Assembly: GCA_051362555.1 (NCBI GenBank)
Contig: CM120640.1
Span: 2,108,001-2,172,000, forward strand
DNA length: 64,000 nt
Direction: 5' to 3'
Source: Lingula anatina
Taxonomy: Eukaryota; Animalia; Brachiopoda
Under the pieces are notes generated by a model, which was given only the letters and a program-made list of their open reading frames with translations, searched no databases and was not told the DNA's origin. Position 1 is the stretch's first letter. Each line of letters starts with the position of its first letter. Of this stretch, positions 12,501 to 24,500 are shown one piece after another. The position numbers and the translations under genes are program-made.

Positions 12501-15500
12501 TAATTGGAACAAGCAGGCACACCACAACTAACCTTACTTCAGACACTGAAACTATGCGATCTATAGAGAGGTGGAAAATAAATGAATTTTATCTTAAAAT
12601 TTCCTTTCAAATAGAGCAACAGAAAGTCTCTTTCAAGAAGCTACATATCACAACAAAAGTTTAATACAACACATGAGTGTCCATGAGAATTCAAGCTCCA
12701 ATGTTATAAATACTAAGTGTGAATGAGGTTAAAGCATGTTTTTTTGCTTTCTCAAAATGTAGTTATTGTCATCCCTCATTGTAGTCATCACGTTTAAGGT
12801 GACTGATAGTAAAAGGACCAAAGTCATAGAAACAAAGCCCTGGGCTTATAAGTTTTTATAAAAAATTAAAACAAACTTCCCAAAAGGCCAATTAAAGACG
12901 GGGATTAAGTACAGTGTCCAACGGATGAAGCTCTGGCGCCAATTTGAGGGGGAAAATGCCGTTTTCGGTATTGGGATTTTCTCTATAACCAAGACAGCTA
13001 TTCAAGTGATTCAAAAGGCCTCATAAAGCTGGGTGAAAGCACTACAGCGCGGTACCAGGGAATTGTCTTAAACTATTTACTTTTGATTTTATCATCTTTT
13101 ACGTTAAATCAGCCCATATTTCAATGGGTTATTCACTTCAAAAGGCGATAACTTTCAAACAAATAATTTCCTCTTAAACCCCTGATATCATGCTGTAGTC
13201 CACATTCCTAACAACAATAGGTGCAACTTTTGTAACGATCGGTTGCTCAGATAGTGAGATATACTTGGCAGCGATTCACTTATCTCGTCAATATAGAAAG
13301 CTGTTAAAACAGCCAAAAACGTTCACAGGTTGGTTAACAGGGCTTATTAGTCAAATGCTTAGCTGGCAAATTTACCTGTTATCGGTTATACGATCAGATG
13401 GAACCATAGTTTATTGTCATCTAAAAATATTTTGTTTGGGTGCTTTGAAGGGGCAGAAAATCGTGCTTTTGTTACATTTTCCGACCACTCGTTAGGCATG
13501 TAAGCGTGCCGCCATTTTGATTGACAGCTCTGGAGAGGGCCCTAGCCTAGTGATGCCCCGTAGGGTGTCAAGGATATGTAGAAGGAAGTGCTAACAAAGG
13601 CGATTACGTTTAACCGCAATTAAGAGGTGTGAAGTTACATTTGAACGTTTCAATGGCTCTTTCTCGGCAATCGAGTAATTTTACCTGAGAGATTCCTTCT
13701 TTGTTATCGGCAAAGTGATCACATAAAACTGTGTCGAGAGCAAGTGCCCGTCACTTGTGTTAATACGAGTTTTTTGACGGGTAACGCTGCAGGATTATTT
13801 TGCACGACACTTTGTAATCGTCAGATCAACGGAAAAAGTCCAGTGATTACTTCATAGTGGTATTTCTCAAAATGCCAGCTAAGATAAAGGGGAGACGCTC
13901 AGCTGCACAAGAATCAGCGATAAAAGTGGCTGAGAGAAGGCTTTTGAATAAATATTTTATTTTTACACACATGACACTTAGACCCTATTTGCTTTTTACC
14001 TGCTAGTCTTGACTATTCTCGGGGTCTTTTTGTGATTTTCATTTTTGGATACATTTTGAACTCTTTCTTCCCGCTTGATCAGTGATTTTGAAATTGTTTT
14101 TCTCCAAACATCGCAAAATGCAAAGCCGCTAACATGCGTTTTTATTTTTATTGTTTTAATCATGCTGTCAACCCTTGCTTGGATTTCTCTCGTTTGTCCA
14201 TTCACATCACAATTTTTCGCGTGTCTCTCAAGCTCCATGATATCATATCTTGGAGAATAAAATTTTATTTTGGCAACATTAGATTTACCTTTTGCAAACG
14301 GCGACCAACAATCATTATGGTTTCGTAACGTGTCGCAGATACGCTCGCCAATATATATTGCAAAAATTAGCTAGGCTAAAAGTATCCTTTTTAGCGTTTT
14401 TTTTTTTTTTTTTTATTTATCGATTTTTCTTTCATTTGTCAATTAATTTAGACGATTCGATTAACTCTTTTGTCCATTTATTAGGTATTCAGAAATCAGT
14501 CATCCGTATGAACAAATAGGACCGGTTTTCCCCAGCCGCCACGCATAGGCCCTACTCTCTTTCAAAATTTTCTTTCTTTCCTCAGGAAATGGACATTTAA
14601 CACGAACTTTTCTCTTCCCCATAGTGTACTAGCTAGACTTCTTCGCTGCTAAGCTGATGTGAGACTTATGACCTATTACGGCACACGTAATCGGCTTATA
14701 ACTCATTAAATGTGCTCCGACCCCCTCATGGCAACGGCCCTTAGTAACAGAGGCGTGGCTTGGTTGTCAGCCTGACTGGGGCGCGTGCCGGTTGAAAAAC
14801 TCATCAAAAGACACATTTTGCGATGCAAATTCATAAAAATTATTACATCCAACGTTAGATACTTTTTTGATTAATATAAACACACAAAAAACTCAAAAAC
14901 ATGATTTTAAGCTTATTTAACCCTATCACCGGCCTTAAATCTTTAGTATTTCAGCAAGCCAAGTAATGTCATTTTCTTCCAAAGCTTCTCTGAGGGCAGT
15001 CACCGGGTACTGTACTTTTTTGCACCCATAAATCAGTATTAACAATTCTGTTGCTGCCTCTTCCCTGCCTTTGTTTTCACTTAACCGTTTCAAACATCTG
15101 CCTTGCTCCAGGGTGAGGACTCTCTTGGATACCAGGGAAGCCATGATGTCGTTGGGGTCAAGGTCACGAACCAAACGTTCGTAACATATCTCCAACATGT
15201 CAAGTTCACTTTGAGCTCTGCTCTGCTGTGGCTAGTGAAGGAAACATTAGAAACAGTTACAGTACAGCAAAGCTTAAGATAATCAATGTTATCTGTTTGT
15301 TTTTCATATCTGAACAGCCAAGTTTATTTAATAGGGAATAAAAGCAATTGGATTTTTGGGGGATTTTAAAACCGTGTACAAAATTGAATTAAGTTAGGTA
15401 TTGAAAGGTAATTTGTGGTCTCAAGCGTCTATCAGTTCAAAGTTGAATCAGACTTAGCACTTAAAATAGATATGTGGACATACTTCTTCAGTCCTGCCTC

Positions 15501-18500
15501 TGGATTCCTGACATATAGCTGTTACTGTGGACCCTGATGGAGAACTGGGGTGTCTTGGCCCACTTGAACTTGATGATTCTCCCTCAGACAGGTTTTTCAC
15601 AGAAGTACTCATCTGTAAGAACAATTTTCATCAGAAATAAACCAAAGTTCATGGTTATGAAAAGATTCATAAATTGTCTAAATACTGAGAAAAGAATATA
15701 ATTACAGTATATTATGAGAGATTTTGTTAGAATTTATGATACCTTAGGAACCTTGTGGTGAACTGTAGAGCCTGATGGATTATTGGTGGTACTCGAGGTG
15801 GATGATTCTCCCTCAGACAGGTTTTTCCCATAATTTTTTGTCTGGAAGAACAATTTTCATTAGAAATACACAAGCAAATTGTTATGTCAATTATATTACA
15901 TTGCAATTTGAAAAAAAAAGCATGTATTTTGGTAATGTTTTAAAATAATTTAAAAATTAAATTAAACTGGAACTAATTAAATAGAAAAATGTGCAGTTAT
16001 AACCAACTTTCATACAATAATACAGCAAAAAATATTAATTTATTAAGCCTCACCTGTACAGGGACATGTACAGTCTTGGGTGTGCCAGTCATACAAGGAC
16101 AGCTGATTGAAATGTCACCAGTTGGAAATTCCTTCGACTTCTCATTGACCAAATCGTACACGTGGATATGGTTCTGAAATATAAAATTTGATTGAACTTG
16201 TGTTTGGGATTTGTTTTTCCATCATTTTTTTTTTTTTTTTTTTTTACTTCAAATTAATAATGTTTCTTCAACAATAAGTTACTTGTATTAAGAAATCGGA
16301 CAATGAATGTGGTTATGAAAAGAATCATTTAGTGACTAATTACTGAGAGATGAATGCACTGTGTGAGAGATTTTAGCAAAAACTATGATACCTGAGGATC
16401 CTTGTGGCCGCAGTCTAAGTTCTCCGTTTCTGCTGGTCCCATAATGTATGTCATTTTGAGGAAATCTCTTTGAATCAGCTCTTGAAGAAATCTGTGTAAC
16501 ATACTCAGAATGCCGTAGATGGCCATATCTGGTGTACCTCTTGTGGTAACTTGTATCACATTCTGGAATATTGTTGGATTGAGCATTGTTAACCTGTAGA
16601 TGAGAGTGGTTTGCTGTCCCTCAATATCATGGTGATAGTGTAACCTGGCCATGTTATTGTAGATCAAAGGACCCGATGCATCATCAAGAAAGTAGCTTTC
16701 TCCAGATGCTGTGTGGCATTTCACCAGAAGACACAGGAAAACATTCTGAGCAAAGTGTCTGTTGGTATTCTTGATATCAATGTAGAAATGTTGGTCAGTT
16801 TCCTGACCAGACCATAGAGGGCGCTCTCTACCTGAGGAACCATTCTCATACTTTGGCAGTCTGTTAGGAAGCACCAGCAGTCGTTCGTCGCCTTCTTTGT
16901 ATTCAATGACAAGTTCATATGTTTTCAGCAGATCTACCATGATTTCTGGCTGTATGTCTTTCACTTGAACTGCAGTTTCCAAAGTGTGTTTTGTGAGGGG
17001 AACAAAGCCTTTCTGAGGGTTACAAAAAGTTGCCAGTTTTATAACTGTGTCTATTAAGACAGTCTGATCAAGGACAACATAGTGTTCTTGGTCGTCTCTA
17101 GAATTTTTTTGTATGATGTCTCCACGACGGTGAAAAAATTGTATCATCTGGGAAAAATCATTTTCATCTTGTACCAAATTTTGAGTTTCCTCTCTGAGTT
17201 CTGCCAGTGTTATCACACTTTGACCAGACAACATGTATCTTTCTTGTACTTTGAGGAATTTCAGCCATTTTATGGGTACCTTTTCTTTCAAGAAGGACAG
17301 TTCCATAGCAATATCGACTATCTCTTGTTTGACATAGCAAGCTTCCTTATCCTCAGCCAAACTAACTTTGTTCTCAACTTCAAACACAACTGTGTCACAC
17401 AAGCAGCTGCTTGGCAACTTGTTCTGAACCAAGTAATCGAAGTATTTCGATTTCCGTAAATGTTCTGTAAGTTGTTTTGCAATGTTTTTTCTTAGAACTC
17501 TGTCAACACTGTTTTTGTGTGTACCAACAATAAAAACTGAGCGAACAGGTCCTTTTGTGTGAACATAACTAGAAACAAGATTCAGCCAGTAAACAAGGTC
17601 TTCAAGTTGTGCTGCCATGTCTCTTTGAGCCATTACAAAGTCAAAGACAACAATGTAGATGGCGCTTTGAGGCATGAGAACCTGTCTGGCTATATAGTAC
17701 ACTGCATCACCAGCAAAGTCTATCACGTGGAAGTGGATTGGAATGCCTTTCTTCCCACACTCACAGTTTAAGATAGCCTGTCTTAGTTTTACACAATTGA
17801 AGGCCTTGTTTTGAACTACATTGTACCAAGCAATTACCTCTGACCAAATTATGACAGCCAAACCAATGAAAGATTCAAGAATTTTCCAAGGATCATGTAC
17901 TTGCCACAATATCAATTCCATACCTAAAGTCCATGCCATGGCAGACCCTATCAACAAACCTATTGCTCTCTTTGCAAAATAATTGATATAAAATCTGGTA
18001 ACAAGATATCTTCCAAATTTTACAACCCCTATCATAAGCCATAAAATATAATGAAAGCCAAATAAAAGAGTCAATATCTGAAGTGAATATTTTGCCATTG
18101 AGAGATAAGTGGAGAGTGCAGTCATCAAGCCCCAAAGTGAGTATTGTAGTACAGCTGGTATACTACCTGTGCAGGTCAGAAGGTAGAAAAATGCTCCTGG
18201 AAAAGCACCAATATGATAGTAAAAAAGGTGGGTAAAATTTTGAAATTCTCCAATGTAAATATGCTCTAGCACTTTGTTTATGCTGTCATGTGCAGTAAAG
18301 TGAAATATACATAGAGCTGTTGCTATGCCAACCCTAAACCCACATGAGTAGCCTGCACCGAGAATTGATATGCTAACAATGTATGCCACCAACAGAAGAA
18401 ATGCATAGTTCTGATATGAAGTTAGAACGTCAAGAGATGTTTGTACCACAATGATCCCAATAGCTCCAGCCTGCCCATATCTCACCCCTGTCTCTATGTT

Positions 18501-21500
18501 ACGGTCAGGTAAGTAGGCCAGGTAAATTATAACACAGAGTAAGGGGACAAACCCACAGTTAAGCGCCTGTCTTCCAAGATCACAGACCAAATTGACAAAG
18601 ACATAAGTGGCAAAGACGAGGTAATGGCTGATTTTCCTAGATGACACCTTTTTTTTCCCTTCTGGGCTCAGGGGGGTATTTTGCTGTTTCTGGGGTGTAT
18701 TTAAATGCTCCTGGGGTGGGGGTATGGATGTGGCATGTTGTGCTGTATACACCAGTGTAGCTCTCTCTTCTTCATCAACTGCTTCAACAATGTCCTTCCA
18801 CTGGTCGTCTACTCTAGATATCTCTATATTATGCAAGTCAGCAGCTTGTGTGGGAACATGAGCTTCCTCGAATTCTAACTCTCTCAGGTGTCTTAGAAGA
18901 GATGTTTTACCAGCTCCACTCTGCCCTAGAACTGGTATCTTACAGACTTCAAATTCTGCTTGTCCTATTTCTTTCCCCCTTGCGTAGATGTGTTTGATGT
19001 TTTCATCTTGTGGAAGTGCCCTTAGGCTGACACTGGTGCTGTGACCAGAGGAGGTAAAAAGATTTTCTTTGAATTCTTTCACCTGGCTCATTTTCCTAAT
19101 TTTCTGTTGTTACAAGCAAAATACACAAGCTGTTTGTACTCTAGTAGATGTTAAAGAAGATAGCTTTTCACTGAAGCAGCATTGTGTTTATTTTCTTGTT
19201 TTCTCGAACTCTTGGCACAGCCTGCAATGGAGAGGATTGCATTGATACTTATACCAATTATTACATATATGTATATGCTTTTGAAAGTTAAGGCTTATAT
19301 TTACACAAATTCAAACCCGTATACTTTATCACCAGTTAGTTTAATATTAAGTCAACTTATAATGAGTAACAAAAATGTAAAGATGCTATGTTGCTGTGTA
19401 CCAGTAAGTGGATACGTCAGTTTTAACCAAGTGACATGTACATGTAAATAACTCATAGATCATGTAGATTTTAATATGTATATCCATAAAAAACATCCTT
19501 TTAATGTATGAAATTGATGTAATTTCATTGTTATTGTGCTTCAGTCAAACCCTGCCAGTTCCCTGAAAAAAGCAGATATAAAGTGAAAAAAGAAAACCAA
19601 ATGAGGATTGAACATGACAGATTTATAAACTTCTAACTGCTATCAACAAATGCATTGATTGCCTAAATATACAACTGAAGTTGCTACTTGAATTGCCTCC
19701 AGAAAGTTTCATGCATAATTGATACAGACTAACTAACTGTACTACTTAAACATATCTTGATATACATTTTTTTCTTAGGAGGTGTTTATGTTGCTTTTTG
19801 TGTGTGTCTGTTTAATACTAAACTTGTGGTGGTTTATCAATCATATTTGCCATTGTATTTTGCTGACAATATTTCAGTCAGAAAAGCTTATCAGCCATTT
19901 TGTCATTCTTTAATTTCCATCTCCTTCATATGAAGTGTTGGGTATATATGCACTGAACATAAATCAAAAGCACAATGTATTTGAGTAACAGTTACTGTTG
20001 CTATTGTAGATGTGGTTTCAGATACAGCACCAGTGTTTGTGGATCTGATAAAAACTAAGACATTTTCATCTTCTCATCTATCATAAATCAGCGTAAGTCC
20101 TTGTTAGGAGGACACAACGTTAATTGTCATTTACATAGTGATTATATACAAATACATGCTGTAGGTCCAGAAATAGATTCAAAAATAGGTGACTGTTATC
20201 TCAAATGGCTGCTTGATAATCTTCACAAATGTAACTTACTGGATTTCTCTAAAGACGTGCACCTCAGCATAGAATCACAGAAATGCCTGTATACACTGAA
20301 TATCCTTTCAGGTACTGGACAAATGAAAAAATCTTACCCCCTGTTGTCTTCATGGTAGCCCCTCACTTTGACTGTAACTGGTACACTGTCTGGTTGTGGT
20401 ATATATATATATTGAAAGGATACGCTAGGCCATACACACCTACACACTTACAATACACAGACCAGCGCATACTGTGACCTACTTAAAGTAATCATATCTG
20501 AAAAGATATTTTTAGATCTCTAGCACCCCATTTCCATAGATTAGATCGACCTACTTTAGATCGACCTAACTCCCTGGGGGTTCACGCTAAATAGCTGTCA
20601 GTCGGGCGGACACGAAAGTTAATTACCCCCTTACAGCTTGTAGTAAACGGGACGGACATTTAAGTCAGATTATCTGAAAGTAATCTAGTGAGACTCCCCG
20701 CAGGGATAGATCGATCTAAAATCTATGGGAATAGAGCCTAGAATAACCCAGGGGGGAGTACTTCAATATGATATTAATGTGGATTTTTCCTGCTTTCATA
20801 AATAAGCGTGTAAGAGTTGAATGAAATATTATTATTGTACCACCAGCGTTAGCGCTGGCGGTACACATGGTTTCGGTCCCGTCCGGATCGTTCCGCCAGC
20901 TCCGTTGGCTCCGCCGGCTCCGCCGGATGGCTACCGTTACCGCTTCTCCTCCTAGACGGTAAGGGCCCCCGTACCCATCTCATGGATTTAGGTCACCTAT
21001 AATCTCAACTCGTTCCACGTAAAATTTGGGCTTTGTCGGTATTGGGGTCTGGGTGTGGCACTCATTGCAATGCACCCTTGTCTAAAAATGGCAAAATTAA
21101 ATGCTAATTATCTACCCTACGGAAGGAGTTATGGGAAAAATTTCTATAGACGGCTTTCCAAAAGTCATATGTGTAGATTTCAAATATACCCTTGGATTTG
21201 ACCTTTGACCTTTACTTCAAGGTCAAATGGGCCAAAATTTTCAAAAAAATGAAATTTTTTACGAAAAAAATTTTTTTTGCCCTGTTTTTCAGACACCACA
21301 CAGACTTAACCAATAATATTATTGGAAGGTGTTACCCTTCAGGTCATCTTTCATCTCCATGAATTTGGGGTCAATCGGTGCATTTTCACGGGAGTAGCGG
21401 CCATAAGATACCGAAACTGAAAACTGTCTCTAATTCGGGAACCGTTAATGCTAGAGACCCATTCTTTTTTGCATTTTGTAGAGCATGTAAAGCCCAACAC

Positions 21501-24500
21501 TGGAAGTGGTCTCGGTTTTTTTGTATTCCATACGGTTTTCGAGTTACGCTGTATCAAAAAGTACATATTGGTGGTAAAAGCAAAATGTGCAGTACGGTAA
21601 TGGATAATAAATTTTGAACTCTGGAAAAATAAAACATAAGGCTTGGCAAAGCAGACAACTTGTGTTGAAAAAATGACATTATTTCATAAAATTTGAACTT
21701 CTGAAACTTCAGAGCACCTCCTATTTCAAGAATTTTGACCAAAATGACATTTTCTTTATTTTAATTAATTTTTTCTGTACGAAATTTAAGGCACATTATG
21801 GTAACTCCAAAATTATAACATTTAGTCCCTTATATCTCCAAAACTGGCAGAGATAGGTCCATAGTTACTATTGAAGTTGAATAGGAAGTCATATACTGGC
21901 AATCTTACTATGACCTTGAAAGTGACCTTTGACCTACTTTTCACCATGAACTGAACTTTGCAAATTTTTCTTCCCTTTTATCTCCAAAACTGGCAGAGAT
22001 AGGTCCATAGTTACTATTGAAGTTGAATAGGAAGTCATATACTGGCAATCTAAATGTGACCTTAAAATTGACCTTTGACCTACTTTACACCATGAACTGA
22101 ATTTTGCAAATTTTGCTTTCCTTTTATCTCCAAAACTGGCTGAGATAGGTCCGTAGTTACTATTGAACTTGAATAGGAAGTCATATACTGGCAATCTAAA
22201 TGTGACCTTAAAATTGACCTTTGACCTACTTTTCACCATAAACTGAACTTTGCAAATTTTGCTTCCCTTTTATCTCCAAAACTGGCAGAGATAGGTCCAT
22301 AGTTACTATTGAACTTGAATAGGAAGTCATATACTGGCAATCTAAATGTGACCTTGAAATTGACCTTTGACCTACTTTTCACCATGAACTGAATTTTGCA
22401 AATTTTGCTTCCCTTTTATCTCCAAAACTGGCTGAGATAGGTCCATAGTTACTATTGAACTTGAATAGGAAGTCATATACTGGCAATCTAAATGTGACCT
22501 TGAAATTGACCTTTGACCTACTTTTCACCATGAACTGAATTTTGCAAATTTTGCTTTCCTTTTATCTCCAAAACTGGCAGAGATAGGTCCATAGTTACTA
22601 TTGAACTTGAAAAGGAAGTCATATACTGGCAATCTAAATGTGACCTTAAAATTGACCCTTGACCTACTTTACACAATAAACTGAATTTTGCAAATTTTGC
22701 TTTCCTTTTATCTCCAAAACTGGCTGAGATAGGTCCGTAGTTACTATTGAACTTGAATAGGAAGTCATATACTGGCATTATAAATGTGACATTAAAATTG
22801 ACCTTTGTCCTACTTTTCACCATAAACTGAACTTTGCAAATTTTGCTTCCCTTTTATCTCCAAAACTGGCAGAGATAGGTCCATAGTTACTATTGAACTT
22901 GAATAGAAAGTCATATACTGGCAATCTAAATGTGACCTTGAAATTGACCTTTGACCTACTTTTTATCATGAACTGAACTCTGCTAATTTCTTTCTCTTTT
23001 AACTTCAAACTTGACAGAGATAGGTCCATAGTTACTCTTGAACTTGAATAGGAAGTCATATACTGGCAATTTACTGTGACCTTGAAATTGACCCTTGACC
23101 TACCTTACGAAGAACTTAAATTTGATTGTACCATATATATTTTTTGCAATAGTTTAAAAATTCTTGTTGATTGCATTTTTACAGCTTGTCAAGCACAAAA
23201 CTGGTGGCTGTGTCCCTTATTTTGTGTATGTGGGGGTCTATACGAATGCGCTTGCTCCAGCTGGTGGTACAATATTCGGAGGCGGTATCGCCTCTCTGAT
23301 CCTCTAGTTAGAATAAAATATAATTTATTATAATTATGCAGGTGTTGATCTTGGGTACTGATCTTTATTACAGGTTAACCGTAACATTTTGATATGTAGT
23401 AGTTTTTTTTTTTTTTTTCTTGTTATTTACTTTTTTCCAGTGTTTACCCTTTTCTTTGGTATCAGATCTGGTGAATGTTTTCTTTTTAGATTTCTACCAG
23501 CAAACTTTTAATCTTTGCTATTTCAGATAGATGATATTGACATGGTATGTGCCACCCTGGAGAATGCTGTGGGCTCCATTGGAGGGTTCTGTTGTGGAAG
23601 GTCATTTGTTATTGATCATCAGGTAAAGACAGAAATTAAAAATATCAACCATGAATTTAGGATACTTGAAATAGCAATAGTGGCAGTAGAAATGTTGATC
23701 ATCAGGTAAAGACAACAATAAATGTATGTGACTGCTATCACATGACAGCAGGGTGTCATTAGCTGTGGGCTGGGTTGGGGGTGGATAGCATCAGACCTTA
23801 TCTCTGTTTAGGCTGCTGGTAATCTTTCTGTTGTGGATTGCCTCTGTCAGCACCCTTCATGTGAAATGATCATTGCTGAAAACTCAACTTGATTCCACAT
23901 GTAGTGTGGACAGCATAGTTCATTTCCAATATATGTTACAATCACAGCTGCATGGCAGGGTTACCCCAGGGTTTGGGGTACAGGATGTTCAAAATGAGAA
24001 TCTGTAATTTGGTCTGTAATAGAGTCCAACCAACCAACACAAAAATTTTGAAAACCGTTCAGTCGTCTTTGAAAATATAGGCTGTCTTATAAGTCTATGG
24101 CCTCCCAAATGATGACTCTTATGAAAGCCTTGCTACTGAGCAACTGTTATCAAGACTGTGGTCTGTTTCCAGAGGCTGTCAGGTCAGGGCTACTGCTTCT
24201 CTGCCTCTCTACCACCCATGTTGGCTGCTGCTGCCATTGAGGCTCTGAACCTGATGGAACAAGATACAGGTATATTGTCTTTAAATTGTTTTGAGGATTT
24301 ACATTTAGCTTGCTTGTCTTCACATTCATATTTCCTGAAATTTTACATTTGAAGCAAGAGCTGAGAAGACCATAAATTGAATGAAATTGTTATTTTGGAA
24401 GACCTATGGTTATTAAATAAACTTTTTATGCTTTTTGCTGTTTCAGAAATGTTTGCTGATCTTCAACACAATTGCAAGCTTATGCACAAAGCCTTATCAA

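Noticed and set aside
16383-19091. Treating the 902-aa ORF as a complete single-exon or horizontally acquired bacterial gene
   Set aside because: A donor at 16392 and four downstream phase-0 exons continue the frame, the first conserved in copy A. Composition and introns are host-like.
21934-23059. Three similar ~100-aa ORFs ([14 protein letters not shown]...)
   Set aside because: Artefacts of the 146-bp satellite; the unit is not a multiple of three and frames shift in each unit.
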